A stretch of DNA of 46,650 nt from a virus (lineage: Duplodnaviria > Caudoviricetes). Each line of letters opens with the position of its first letter. The first letter of the stretch is position 1. This document shows positions 15,282-23,382 of this stretch, one piece after another. The DNA lies in IMG/VR virus record IMGVR_UViG_3300042814_000019, positions 1 through 46,650 of that record; one strand, given 5' to 3'. Made by a program: the position numbers and the translations under genes. The notes under the pieces are model-generated. The model did not search any database. It was not told the DNA's origin and was given only the letters and a program-made list of their open reading frames with translations.

Positions 15282-16046
15282 GTGTGGGTCAAGCTCGACG
15301 ACGGGATCGCGGATCACCCGAAGTTTTTCGACGCCGGTCGGCACCTCGGCCGGCACGGAATCGCCCGGGCGTTCGCTGTCTACGTCGCCGGCCTCGCCTA
15401 CGCGAACAAGCACCTTACGGACGGGTTTCTATCGGAATCGGTCGTAAAGTCGTTCAAGATCGATCGCAAACCGGGCGAAATCGCGCTCGTTTTGGGTTTC
15501 GCTGATGTCGGATTATGGGATCCGGTTCCTGGCGGCTGGCGGATCCATGACTACCATCACCACAACCCTAAGTCGCAGGATGTAAAGGACAAACGCGACA
15601 GGGACGCCGCCCGTAAGCGCCAGGAACGGGAGGAAAAGGACTCGCGTGTCCGCTCGGACTCCACGCGGAGTCCTCGGCGCTCGCGCGCGCGCGATCCCGT
15701 CCTTGATCCGGATCCCGTCCTCGTAGGGGGAGAAGATCACGCCGCGCTCCGCACGGCGGAACGTGGAAAACCTGTGGAAAACGTTCGCGTCCTCCGGGCC
15801 CTCGTGTGGTCGGAGGTGCGAGCGATGTTCGACGCGGGCGCGCCGATGACGCGGGATCCGGCAACCGGCGCGACGGTCGTCGACAGTTTCGAGATCCGCG
15901 AGCGGCTCAAGGATCGGGCGGCGCGTTCCGGGCTGATCTACGACGTCGAGGATTTCCACAATCAGGCGGAGCTCGCGATCACCCGATGCTCCGCCGGCGC
16001 CGGCGCTCGAGATGAGCGGCGGAACACCTGGCGGCGGGCGCGATGA
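15282..16046 (+). CDS. Putative replication initiator protein
   Basis: WVKLDD...HPK N-terminus; TDGF; GW.IHDY; charged linker with internal repeats; upstream of RusA. Confidence 0.7.
   Translation: MWVKLDDGIADHPKFFDAGRHLGRHGIARAFAVYVAGLAYANKHLTDGFLSESVVKSFKIDRKPGEIALVLGFADVGLWDPVPGGWRIHDYHHHNPKSQDVKDKRDRDAARKRQEREEKDSRVRSDSTRSPRRSRARDPVLDPDPVLVGGEDHAALRTAERGKPVENVRVLRALVWSEVRAMFDAGAPMTRDPATGATVVDSFEIRERLKDRAARSGLIYDVEDFHNQAELAITRCSAGAGARDERRNTWRRAR
15630..15781. other. Candidate replication origin: GGAC/GTCC inverted repeats, (CG)6, GATCCCGTCCT x2, two DnaA boxes
   Basis: GGACTCC-N4-GGAGTCC 15656-15673; repeats at 15693 and 15711; CGTGGAAAA 15762-15770 and TGTGGAAAA 15773-15781. Confidence 0.55.
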
Positions 16047-16576
16047 TCGTCGCTCCTGTCGGCGCTCGCTCGCTCACGTTCACCGTCGACGGGGATCCGC
16101 AAACGAAGGGATCCGCGAAAGCGTTCGTCGTGTTCGGGCACGTGATCGAGGCGTACGAGCGGTTCAGAAAAACCGGGCGGCGGATCGCGCCGCGGGCGTT
16201 CATCACGAACGACAACCCGAACGCGAAAGCCTGGCAGGAAACCGTCATGGACGCCGCGATCAAGGCGCGCCGAACGGGTCCGCTCGTCCAGGGCGAACTC
16301 ATGGCGGGCGCCGTGGTCGTCGATCTCGTGTTCTATCTCGCTCGACCGCAGAAGATCCGGAGCTCGATCGTCGCGCACACGACGCGCCCGGATTTCGACA
16401 AGCTCGTTCGTCCCGTCCTCGACGCCCTCACGGGCGTAATCTACGCCGACGACGGCCAGGTCGTCGCGGGGCGCATCGCAAAGCAGTACGCGCCCATCGA
16501 CGGAAAACCGGGCGTCACGATCACGATCACGGAGGCGGCCGTCGCGGATCCCGTCGCGCCGCCCTTGTTCACGTAG
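16043..16576 (+). CDS. rusA: RusA-family Holliday junction resolvase
   Basis: PQTKGS; RPDFDKLVRPVLDALTGVIYADDGQVV. Confidence 0.92.
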   Translation: MIVAPVGARSLTFTVDGDPQTKGSAKAFVVFGHVIEAYERFRKTGRRIAPRAFITNDNPNAKAWQETVMDAAIKARRTGPLVQGELMAGAVVVDLVFYLARPQKIRSSIVAHTTRPDFDKLVRPVLDALTGVIYADDGQVVAGRIAKQYAPIDGKPGVTITITEAAVADPVAPPLFT

Positions 16577-16588
16577 GAGGAGATCACC

Positions 16589-17257
16589 ATGGCGAAAAAA
16601 GGCAAAAGCGGAAACACTCGGGCGCGTCGAGTCGGGTACGAACTGATCAAACGCGATCACGTCGAGGGGCATCCGATCTATTCGCTCCTCGACGAAATCG
16701 TTCACGAGCACCATGAGGATCTCCGCGAGGCGCGGATCGTCCTCGCGTGGAATCTCACCTGGCAAGCGGACGCCGACGGTCGCGTGAAGCTCGCGGCGTG
16801 CGCTCGAGCGAGCGATCTCGCGCGGGAACTCGCGCCGTTCGATTTCGTGATCCTCCTCCGGAAATCGACATGGAAGGATGAGCGGTTCACCGACGAGCAC
16901 CGTCGCGCCCTCATGGATCACGCGCTCTGTCACGGCGCCCGGGCGTACGACAAAAGCGAGAACGCCGCCGTCGATGAGCGCGGGCGTCCCGTGTGGCGCA
17001 CGCGGAAACCGGACATCGTCGAATTCTCCGAAGTGATCGAGCGACACGGGATCTACTCCCGCGATCTCGAGCGGATCGCCGACGCGCTCCGGAAACAGGG
17101 CGTCGGGCCGTTCGTTCATTGCGACCATTGCGCGCTCACGCCAGGATGGATCGACGTGCTCGTCGGCGGCGTCACGAGGAAAGATCGTTGCGAATGCTGG
17201 AAGGCGTGGACGGAGCGCCGCCAGGAATACAAGGCCGATCAGCGGGCGAGCGCGTGA
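16589..17257 (+). CDS. Phage metallopeptidase-like protein (degenerate HExxH)
   Basis: FDFVI...W...RRALMDHALCH...PDIVEF.EVIERHG; C-terminal CDHC/CEC. Confidence 0.7.
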   Translation: MAKKGKSGNTRARRVGYELIKRDHVEGHPIYSLLDEIVHEHHEDLREARIVLAWNLTWQADADGRVKLAACARASDLARELAPFDFVILLRKSTWKDERFTDEHRRALMDHALCHGARAYDKSENAAVDERGRPVWRTRKPDIVEFSEVIERHGIYSRDLERIADALRKQGVGPFVHCDHCALTPGWIDVLVGGVTRKDRCECWKAWTERRQEYKADQRASA

Positions 17258-17534
17258 TCGCCGGCCTCATCGTGATCGCCGCCGTCGTTCTGATCCTCGC
17301 GCTCGGAACCGGAGGCGAGTCCCGCGGCGACTCGAAACTCCCGTGAGCGCCCGCGGGCACGTGATCCCGTGGTACCGGGCGGAGGATCGCGCGACACGGG
17401 ACGCGCTCGACGTGCAAGCCTGTAAGAATTGCGGCGCCGTACTGTGGCGTCGCGTGATGACGAAGGACCGACCAGCGTATCCGCCCGGGGCGCTCGTCGG
17501 CGATGATTGCCCGGGTTCAGAGGAGAACGACAGC

Positions 17535-17840
17535 ATGGCGAAAAAGGCGGCGAACGGCGGCGGTAGAACGAGGAAACCCAGGCCCGAACAGGTCGATCTC
17601 CCCGGCACGGAGGACAGCGCGATCAAGCCGCTCGAGGACGCGGCGAAGGCGTACGCCCGCGTGCGCGATGAGCGGATGGAGCTCACGATCGAGGAGGGCA
17701 AACGAAAGGCGGCCCTGATCCCGCTGATGCACAAATTCCAGAAAACGACGTACAAGCGACACGGGATCGAGATCAACCTGATCCCCGAAGGCGAGGACGT
17801 CAAGGTGAAGATCGCGAAACCCGGGAGCGAGGAGGAATAG
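17535..17840 (+). CDS. Hypothetical charged protein (the frame is open from 17343)
   Basis: AGGAG RBS before ATG 17535. Confidence 0.7.
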   Translation: MAKKAANGGGRTRKPRPEQVDLPGTEDSAIKPLEDAAKAYARVRDERMELTIEEGKRKAALIPLMHKFQKTTYKRHGIEINLIPEGEDVKVKIAKPGSEEE

Positions 17841-17843
17841 CAC

Positions 17844-18380
17844 GTGAGCACGTTCGATCTCTACCCTGTCGAAAAACATTGGTGGTCGTTCACCGACTAC
17901 CGCGCCGTCCTCGACACGGTTCGCCGCCTGGGCGCGCGGCGCGTTCTGGAATTCGGGCCAGGTTCCTCGACGCTCGCGCTCGTCGAGGGCGGCGCCGATC
18001 AGATCGACACGTGCGAGGACGATCCGAAGTGGTACGACGTTCACCGCTCCCGCGTGGGACGGCAATTCGCGCCGGTCGTTACCGTTCACCGCTACACCTG
18101 GGCGGATCCGCTGTCGATCCCTGAGCTCGACGCCAGGCGCTACGATCTCGCGCTCATCGACGGGCCGCACGATACGCCGCGGCGGCCCGTCGTCCTCGAC
18201 TACTGCATGGCGCGATGTTCCGCCGTGTTGATCCCGACGGAGGATTACAAGGTGTCGTCGCCGCCGCTCCGCCCTCACATTCACCGCGTCGCGGCGGAGT
18301 ACGGCGCCGCCCTCGAGATATGGGACACGGGTCCGACGTCGGGATCGTTCGCGCTCCTGATGAACGAGTCGCGCTCGTGA
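17844..18380 (+). CDS. Class I SAM-dependent methyltransferase (small-molecule/glycan type)
   Basis: VLEFGPGSST; acidic residue after strand 2 (CEDD); YDLALIDGP. Confidence 0.85.
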   Translation: MSTFDLYPVEKHWWSFTDYRAVLDTVRRLGARRVLEFGPGSSTLALVEGGADQIDTCEDDPKWYDVHRSRVGRQFAPVVTVHRYTWADPLSIPELDARRYDLALIDGPHDTPRRPVVLDYCMARCSAVLIPTEDYKVSSPPLRPHIHRVAAEYGAALEIWDTGPTSGSFALLMNESRS

Positions 18381-18561
18381 GGTTCACATGGTTCGCGCTC
18401 CGCCTGGGCGGCGCCCTCCCGGTACCGACGTTCCTCCTCGAGTGGATCGCCGACAGGGATGAACGTCGCTCACGGCGGATCGCGAACGAGCTCTATAGCA
18501 ATCGACGTCGAGGGGTTCGACCGTCGATCACCCGTCGGAACTCGGCACGAAAGGACAAGCA

Positions 18562-18858
18562 ATGGCGAAATCAGCAGTAGTGAGCAAACAGAAGCAACGC
18601 GTCGAGGATCTCGCGGATGCCATCGTCTCGCGAGCGGTCAAGCACGCGAAACGGCTCGACGACTATCTCGAGGGCGACGGCAAGAACGGCACGCAGTACC
18701 AGAAGGCGCGGATCGTGGTCGGCCTCATCGGCGCCGCCGTGCGCGTGTGCGCGACCATAGAGAACAATCGCACGAACGATCTCATCGAGGCCCGCGCCAA
18801 TCAGCTACCGCCGCCGCCGTCGAGCGCCGGCCAGCTACCGCCGGCGTCCCAGGCGTAA
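18562..18858 (+). CDS. Hypothetical protein
   Basis: GAAAGGA RBS. Confidence 0.7.
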   Translation: MAKSAVVSKQKQRVEDLADAIVSRAVKHAKRLDDYLEGDGKNGTQYQKARIVVGLIGAAVRVCATIENNRTNDLIEARANQLPPPPSSAGQLPPASQA

Positions 18859-18862
18859 CGCC

Positions 18863-19516
18863 ATGGCTCGACGGGAAACCCTCACGGAAGCGCGCGCGCG
18901 TGCGGCTCGCGCATCGAACGCAATCAAGGCGGCCACGCCGATCACGCTCACGTGCTCCCGCTGTCATAGCGAATTCGATACCACGATGCTCCGGGCCTCG
19001 GTCAAGTTTTGCGGGGATGACTGTCGCCGCGCGCACGATCGCGAGGAGCGCAACCGATGGAAGCGTGAGAACCGGGAGCGCCACCTGGCGAACCGTCGCC
19101 GCCAGGAGAAGCACGGTAAAACGAAAGAGGCCAAACGTCGGCGAGCGGAACGACTCAGGGCACGACGTCGAGCAGCAACGCCGCCGCGTGTCTGTCGAGA
19201 CTGTCCGACGCACGTCGGCGCGAATAGGATCAGGTGTGATCGTTGTCGCCGGATCAGGGCGAACGCGGAATCGAAACGCGTCTATCACGACAACCTACAG
19301 CGGGAGCGAGCACAATCACGCGAGTACTCGTTCAAGAAGTACCGGGCGGATCCCCTGGCGGGCGCGACCGTCAAGGCCCGCCGGAAGTGGCGGCGCGTGT
19401 ATGGATCGGTTGTCGATCGTCCTGAGATCCTCGCACTCCTCGAGCAACGGCTCGACGCTCACCGCGCGCTCGGCATGTACCAGGCCAGGGGGGGGGGACG
19501 GCAGAGGTTCTTCTAA
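18863..19516 (+). CDS. Very basic Zn-finger-like protein
   Basis: CSRC...FCGDDC and CRDC...CDRC; Arg/Lys-rich helices. Confidence 0.65.
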   Translation: MARRETLTEARARAARASNAIKAATPITLTCSRCHSEFDTTMLRASVKFCGDDCRRAHDREERNRWKRENRERHLANRRRQEKHGKTKEAKRRRAERLRARRRAATPPRVCRDCPTHVGANRIRCDRCRRIRANAESKRVYHDNLQRERAQSREYSFKKYRADPLAGATVKARRKWRRVYGSVVDRPEILALLEQRLDAHRALGMYQARGGGRQRFF

Positions 19517-19610
19517 AACGTGACGCTCAAACGGGCGAGCGAGGCGCAAACGGCCGCTAGTTTTTGATCGGTTTTTGGGTCCGGTTTTTGTGATCCGGTT
19601 CTCCGGATCA
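19505..19610 (+). other. Candidate lambda-like cos packaging site (cosQ/cosN/cosB-like)
   Basis: AGGTTCT...GGGCGAGCGAGG-CGC-N7-CGCTAGTTTTTGA parallels lambda GGGTCCT...GGGCGGCGACCT-CGC-N7-CGCTATTTATGA; T5 tracts; gpA-type terminase in genome. Confidence 0.6.
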
Positions 19611-19620
19611 GGAGGTTCAG

Positions 19621-19758
19621 ATGGCTACGGAAAACGAAGTGAACGACGCAAAGGTTCGGACGCTCGACGCCGCGACGGCGCTCCTCAAGGTGCTCACCAC
19701 GATCGCGGACACCGTCGGCGCCGCGGCGATCGCGGAACTCAAAGGCGGGCGATCGTGA
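19621..19758 (+). CDS. 45-aa hypothetical protein (not in ORF track)
   Basis: AGGAGG RBS; translated by hand as MATENEVNDAKV...GGRS; GTGA coupling. Confidence 0.7.
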   Translation: MATENEVNDAKVRTLDAATALLKVLTTIADTVGAAAIAELKGGRS

Positions 19759-20018
19759 GGATCACCATCACGGAGAAACCCGGCGACGTTCAGGTGTGGG
19801 CCTCGCTCGAGGGCGCCGTCGGAGATCCCGCCAGCATCACGGAAAGTTTTGTGATCGGGAGCGGGGAGAGTCGGGACGCCGCCGTTCGCTCCGCGCTCGA
19901 GGAGCTCGACGCCGCGAGCAAGGAACTCGAGCGGGACGCGGGCACGAGGATCGAGCGGATCCAGCGCAGCGCCGCGGAGGAGACGGATCGCGGGCGCCAG
20001 GCGCGGAGGCAACCGTGA
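19755..20018 (+). CDS. Hypothetical protein
   Basis: Coupled at both ends. Confidence 0.65.
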   Translation: MRITITEKPGDVQVWASLEGAVGDPASITESFVIGSGESRDAAVRSALEELDAASKELERDAGTRIERIQRSAAEETDRGRQARRQP

Positions 20019-20650
20019 ACGCGCCGACGCGTCGGGCGCTCGTGCGGTACCTCGTGAGCTACGCCGCCGCCGGCGGGCGGAGCGACTACGTCGAGCGGAC
20101 GCAACGCGAGATCGAGGAGGCGCTCGCCGCCGATGATCGACGCGTCGAGGATCTCGAGCGGAGGATCTCCACCATCGAGACGATCAACGGGATCGCGTAT
20201 CCGCTCGCGCCCGCGGCGGGCGTGACGCTGAACGCGGAGGCGGCCGCGGCGCTCGAGCGGGATCTCGCGCTCGATGACATCGCGGAGGATCTCGTTCGGC
20301 AACTGTTCACGAACGGCCAGGGCAATCAGGCGGCGCGCCTCATGCTCGTCGACGCCGACGGGCGCGAGCTCGCCGGATGGGGCCCGGGTCCGGTTCGCGA
20401 CCGCGTGCTCGAGGCGCTCCGCAAAGTGACGGCGCCGGCCGCGATCCTCGAGGCCATTCAGGATCAGGAGGCGATCCTCCGCCTGGCGCTCGCGCTCCGC
20501 GCCCTCGGCCGTAACATCGAGTGGGATCAGGCGCCGACGCCCTACTCGATGATCTGGACTCTCGCGGAGTACCTCGAAAAACCGGAGGACGCCCGCGAGG
20601 CGATCGTCCGGGCCGATGAACGCAACGCCAGAATGCGGAGGACACGATGA
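20015..20650 (+). CDS. Hypothetical protein
   Basis: GGAGG RBS, coupled. Confidence 0.7.
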   Translation: MNAPTRRALVRYLVSYAAAGGRSDYVERTQREIEEALAADDRRVEDLERRISTIETINGIAYPLAPAAGVTLNAEAAAALERDLALDDIAEDLVRQLFTNGQGNQAARLMLVDADGRELAGWGPGPVRDRVLEALRKVTAPAAILEAIQDQEAILRLALALRALGRNIEWDQAPTPYSMIWTLAEYLEKPEDAREAIVRADERNARMRRTR

Positions 20651-21297
20651 ACAGTGACAGCAGGGATCCGAACGTCGAGGCGTTCGATCACGTCGGCGCC
20701 AGGGAAACCGCGGCGCCGCCCGCGGCGGGAGTCCTCAAGGTTCAGGTCGTTCGGTTCGGGCCGCCCGCGGACGCCAGGCACGCGGAGATCTACGCGCCCG
20801 GGTCCGTCAAGGCCGCGGGACCGATCCCCGTGACGCGAGCGTTCGACGCGCGCGACGTCATCGGCACCGCGGCGATCGATGAGAAGGGCGCCGCCGTGAT
20901 CGCGTTCGCGCCTGGCATCCAGGCCGGCATAATCCGGAACGTCGGCCTCGGGTTCCGCGTGATCGATAGCACGCTCGACGACGCCGGCGTTCGCACGATC
21001 ACGAAGCTCGATCCGATCTGTCTCGGCGTGGAATTCGCGCCGCCGCTCCCGGTCGTCGGCGGCGTGGGGGAACAGTGGTCGGAGTACCTCACCGCGTGCG
21101 AGATCACCGCGGCGCCGCCCGTGCAACTCGAGGAATTGAAACGGGCGTTCTACGCCGGCGCTCAGGGGATGTACTTCGCCGTGCTCGGCGCCGCGGAGGG
21201 CGAGGACGAAGCGGCGAGCGATGCGCGCCTCGAGGCCCTGGCGCGGGAACTCGGCGACTATCTCCGTCTGTTCAAGTCACGCGAGGGCATCGAGTGA
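20647..21297 (+). CDS. Hypothetical protein
   Basis: GGAGG RBS, coupled. Confidence 0.7.
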   Translation: MNSDSRDPNVEAFDHVGARETAAPPAAGVLKVQVVRFGPPADARHAEIYAPGSVKAAGPIPVTRAFDARDVIGTAAIDEKGAAVIAFAPGIQAGIIRNVGLGFRVIDSTLDDAGVRTITKLDPICLGVEFAPPLPVVGGVGEQWSEYLTACEITAAPPVQLEELKRAFYAGAQGMYFAVLGAAEGEDEAASDARLEALARELGDYLRLFKSREGIE

Positions 21298-21746
21298 GCG
21301 GGCCGCCGATCACGTTCGATGATTTCGTCGCGATTGCGCTCGACGCCGCGGGCGCCTCGACGTGTCGGAGTCAACGCGGCGCCGTCGCGTTCAGCGGACG
21401 CGAGAACGAGACGCGGGAACTCGTCGCCGTCGGGTTCAATCAGAAACCCGGCGGCGATTGCGACGGGTCGGAACGATGTAAGGCCACGTGTCGGCGCGAG
21501 GCGGTTCACGCGGAACAGGCGCTCCTCGCGAGCGGCGTAGATCTCGCGCTCGGCGGATCCGTCGAAGTGATCCACGTGAAGGCGATCGACGGCAAGCTCG
21601 CGCCGTCGGGCGGCCCGGATTGCGTCGAGTGTTCAAAGCTCCTCATGTTCGCGGGCGTCCTGGCCGTGTGGCTGTATCACGCCGACGGATGGCGCCGGTA
21701 CCCGATGGCGGAGTTTCACGCGCTCAGCATCGCGGCGGGTCGATGA
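21294..21746 (+). CDS. dCMP/cytidine deaminase-like protein
   Basis: STC...GAV...GFN; HAEQ; PDCVEC zinc motif. Confidence 0.85.
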   Translation: MSGPPITFDDFVAIALDAAGASTCRSQRGAVAFSGRENETRELVAVGFNQKPGGDCDGSERCKATCRREAVHAEQALLASGVDLALGGSVEVIHVKAIDGKLAPSGGPDCVECSKLLMFAGVLAVWLYHADGWRRYPMAEFHALSIAAGR

Positions 21747-22231
21747 CGGAGGTTCTCTGTGTCACGTGTCGGGTACCGTTCACGCGTCACGGGCCGGCGA
21801 GCGGCTCATCGAATTTCTACAGAACACGCGAGGAAAATGATCGGTGTATTTGCTGTCGCGAGGGCCTCGATCCTGAGACGCTCGCGCCGCTCACGCGAAA
21901 GGTTCAACCGATGAAACCCTGTACCGAAATGACCGACGACGAACTCGGCGAGGCGATCCTCGAGCTCGCGGCGCCGCGCGTGAGGATGGCGGCGCCGGAG
22001 GATCTCCGCAAGGTCGCCGACATGCTCGCGGCGCTCGCCGTCGAGGCCGCCGGACGGATGAAGGAACGATCCACGGATCGCACACTCGGCGCGCTCATGG
22101 GGAAGATCCGGAACGTCGTACTCCACGCCGACGGACGTCTGACGGCGGATCTCACCGTGAACGACGCCGGCGCGGAATTCGTTCGCCAGGTTCGCGGCGC
22201 CGCGACCGACGGGATCGGGTTCCGTTCGTGA
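21743..22231 (+). CDS. Hypothetical protein with N-terminal CxxC pairs
   Basis: ATGA coupling. Confidence 0.55.
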   Translation: MTEVLCVTCRVPFTRHGPASGSSNFYRTREENDRCICCREGLDPETLAPLTRKVQPMKPCTEMTDDELGEAILELAAPRVRMAAPEDLRKVADMLAALAVEAAGRMKERSTDRTLGALMGKIRNVVLHADGRLTADLTVNDAGAEFVRQVRGAATDGIGFRS

Positions 22232-22449
22232 ACGCGCTCGAGCAAACCCGCGGCGGGTTCATTCGATGCTCCTGGGCGTGCGGCGCGTGCGGCGACGGCG
22301 GCGGCGAGCGCGGATCCGTGCGGCCATGGCGGCGCCCTGGCGAGACGGAGGAGGCGGCCGCCGCTCGACTGACTCAGGACACCCGCGGGCGATGCGTCGA
22401 GGGATGCGCGTTCACCGCGACCGCGGACGGCGGATCACCCGATGCGTAA
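22228..22449 (+). CDS. Small Cys-containing hypothetical protein
   Basis: GTGA coupling. Confidence 0.5.
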   Translation: MNALEQTRGGFIRCSWACGACGDGGGERGSVRPWRRPGETEEAAAARLTQDTRGRCVEGCAFTATADGGSPDA

Positions 22450-22825
22450 TATGTCGTTCGCGCTCACGACGCGCCAGGTTCGGCGCCGCGATAAAACCGT
22501 GACGCGCCGAAACGGTTGGACGTTCGCGAAAGTCGGCGACGTCGTGCAACCCGTGATCAAGTCGCAGGGGATCCCGAAGGGCGGGCACGTCGAGAAGATC
22601 GGCGGCCCGATCCGGTTCGTCGAGGTCCGGCGCGAGCGGCTCGACGCGATCACGATCGCGGACGTCGCGCGCGAGGGGTTCCCGAACCTCACGGCGCGCG
22701 CGTTCATCGCGATCTATCTCGACGCGAACGGCGGCGCGCCGGATCAGGTCGTCACCCGGATCGCTTTCGAGTATCTCGAGGCGCACGAGATCCCGACGGC
22801 GCGCCGACGTCGGGCGGCCGCGTGA
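22442..22825 (+). CDS. ASCH (PUA-like) domain protein
   Basis: MSF...KTVTRR.GW...VGD...VRRERLDAIT..DVAREGF. Confidence 0.85.
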   Translation: MRNMSFALTTRQVRRRDKTVTRRNGWTFAKVGDVVQPVIKSQGIPKGGHVEKIGGPIRFVEVRRERLDAITIADVAREGFPNLTARAFIAIYLDANGGAPDQVVTRIAFEYLEAHEIPTARRRRAAA

Positions 22826-23382
22826 GCAAACGCCGCGGCAAGACCAAACCCAAAGGCAAGCGGAAACCCGCGGAGCCCGTCGAGGGGCCCATGTCGATCG
22901 CCGCGTTCGCTCGCGACAGGAACGTCGACGAGAAGGCCATCCGCAAGGGGATCGCGTCCGAACGGATCCCGCCCTCGTGCGTCGGACTCTCGAGCACCGG
23001 GCGCCGCCAAGTGATCACCGACGTCGCCGCCGCGCGCGCCGCGTGGGATGCGAACGCCGCCCGGGTTCCCAACGGTCCCGCCGTCGATGCCGGTCGCTCG
23101 TCGCTCGTCGAGGCGTCGACGCTCACGGCAATGGAGCGCCATCGGCGCCTCAAGATCGACAACGATCTCCGCGAGGGCCTGGCGCTCAGTGTTCCCGCGG
23201 CGAAGCGTGAGGCGTTTGAAAGCTACCGCACGATCCGCGATACCCTCCTGAACGTGTCGGCCCGATACGCGGAGGAGCTCGCCGTGATCACCGATCCCGC
23301 GGAACTCCGCCGGCGCCTCGACGCGATCATCCGCGAGGCGCTCGGCGAATGTGCGGATCGACTCGAGGCGAGCGGGGAGTGA
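22822..23382 (+). CDS. terS: Terminase small subunit (Nu1-like)
   Basis: N-terminal wHTH (SIAAFARDRNVDEKAIRK), coiled coil, directly upstream of TerL. Confidence 0.75.
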   Translation: MSKRRGKTKPKGKRKPAEPVEGPMSIAAFARDRNVDEKAIRKGIASERIPPSCVGLSSTGRRQVITDVAAARAAWDANAARVPNGPAVDAGRSSLVEASTLTAMERHRRLKIDNDLREGLALSVPAAKREAFESYRTIRDTLLNVSARYAEELAVITDPAELRRRLDAIIREALGECADRLEASGE

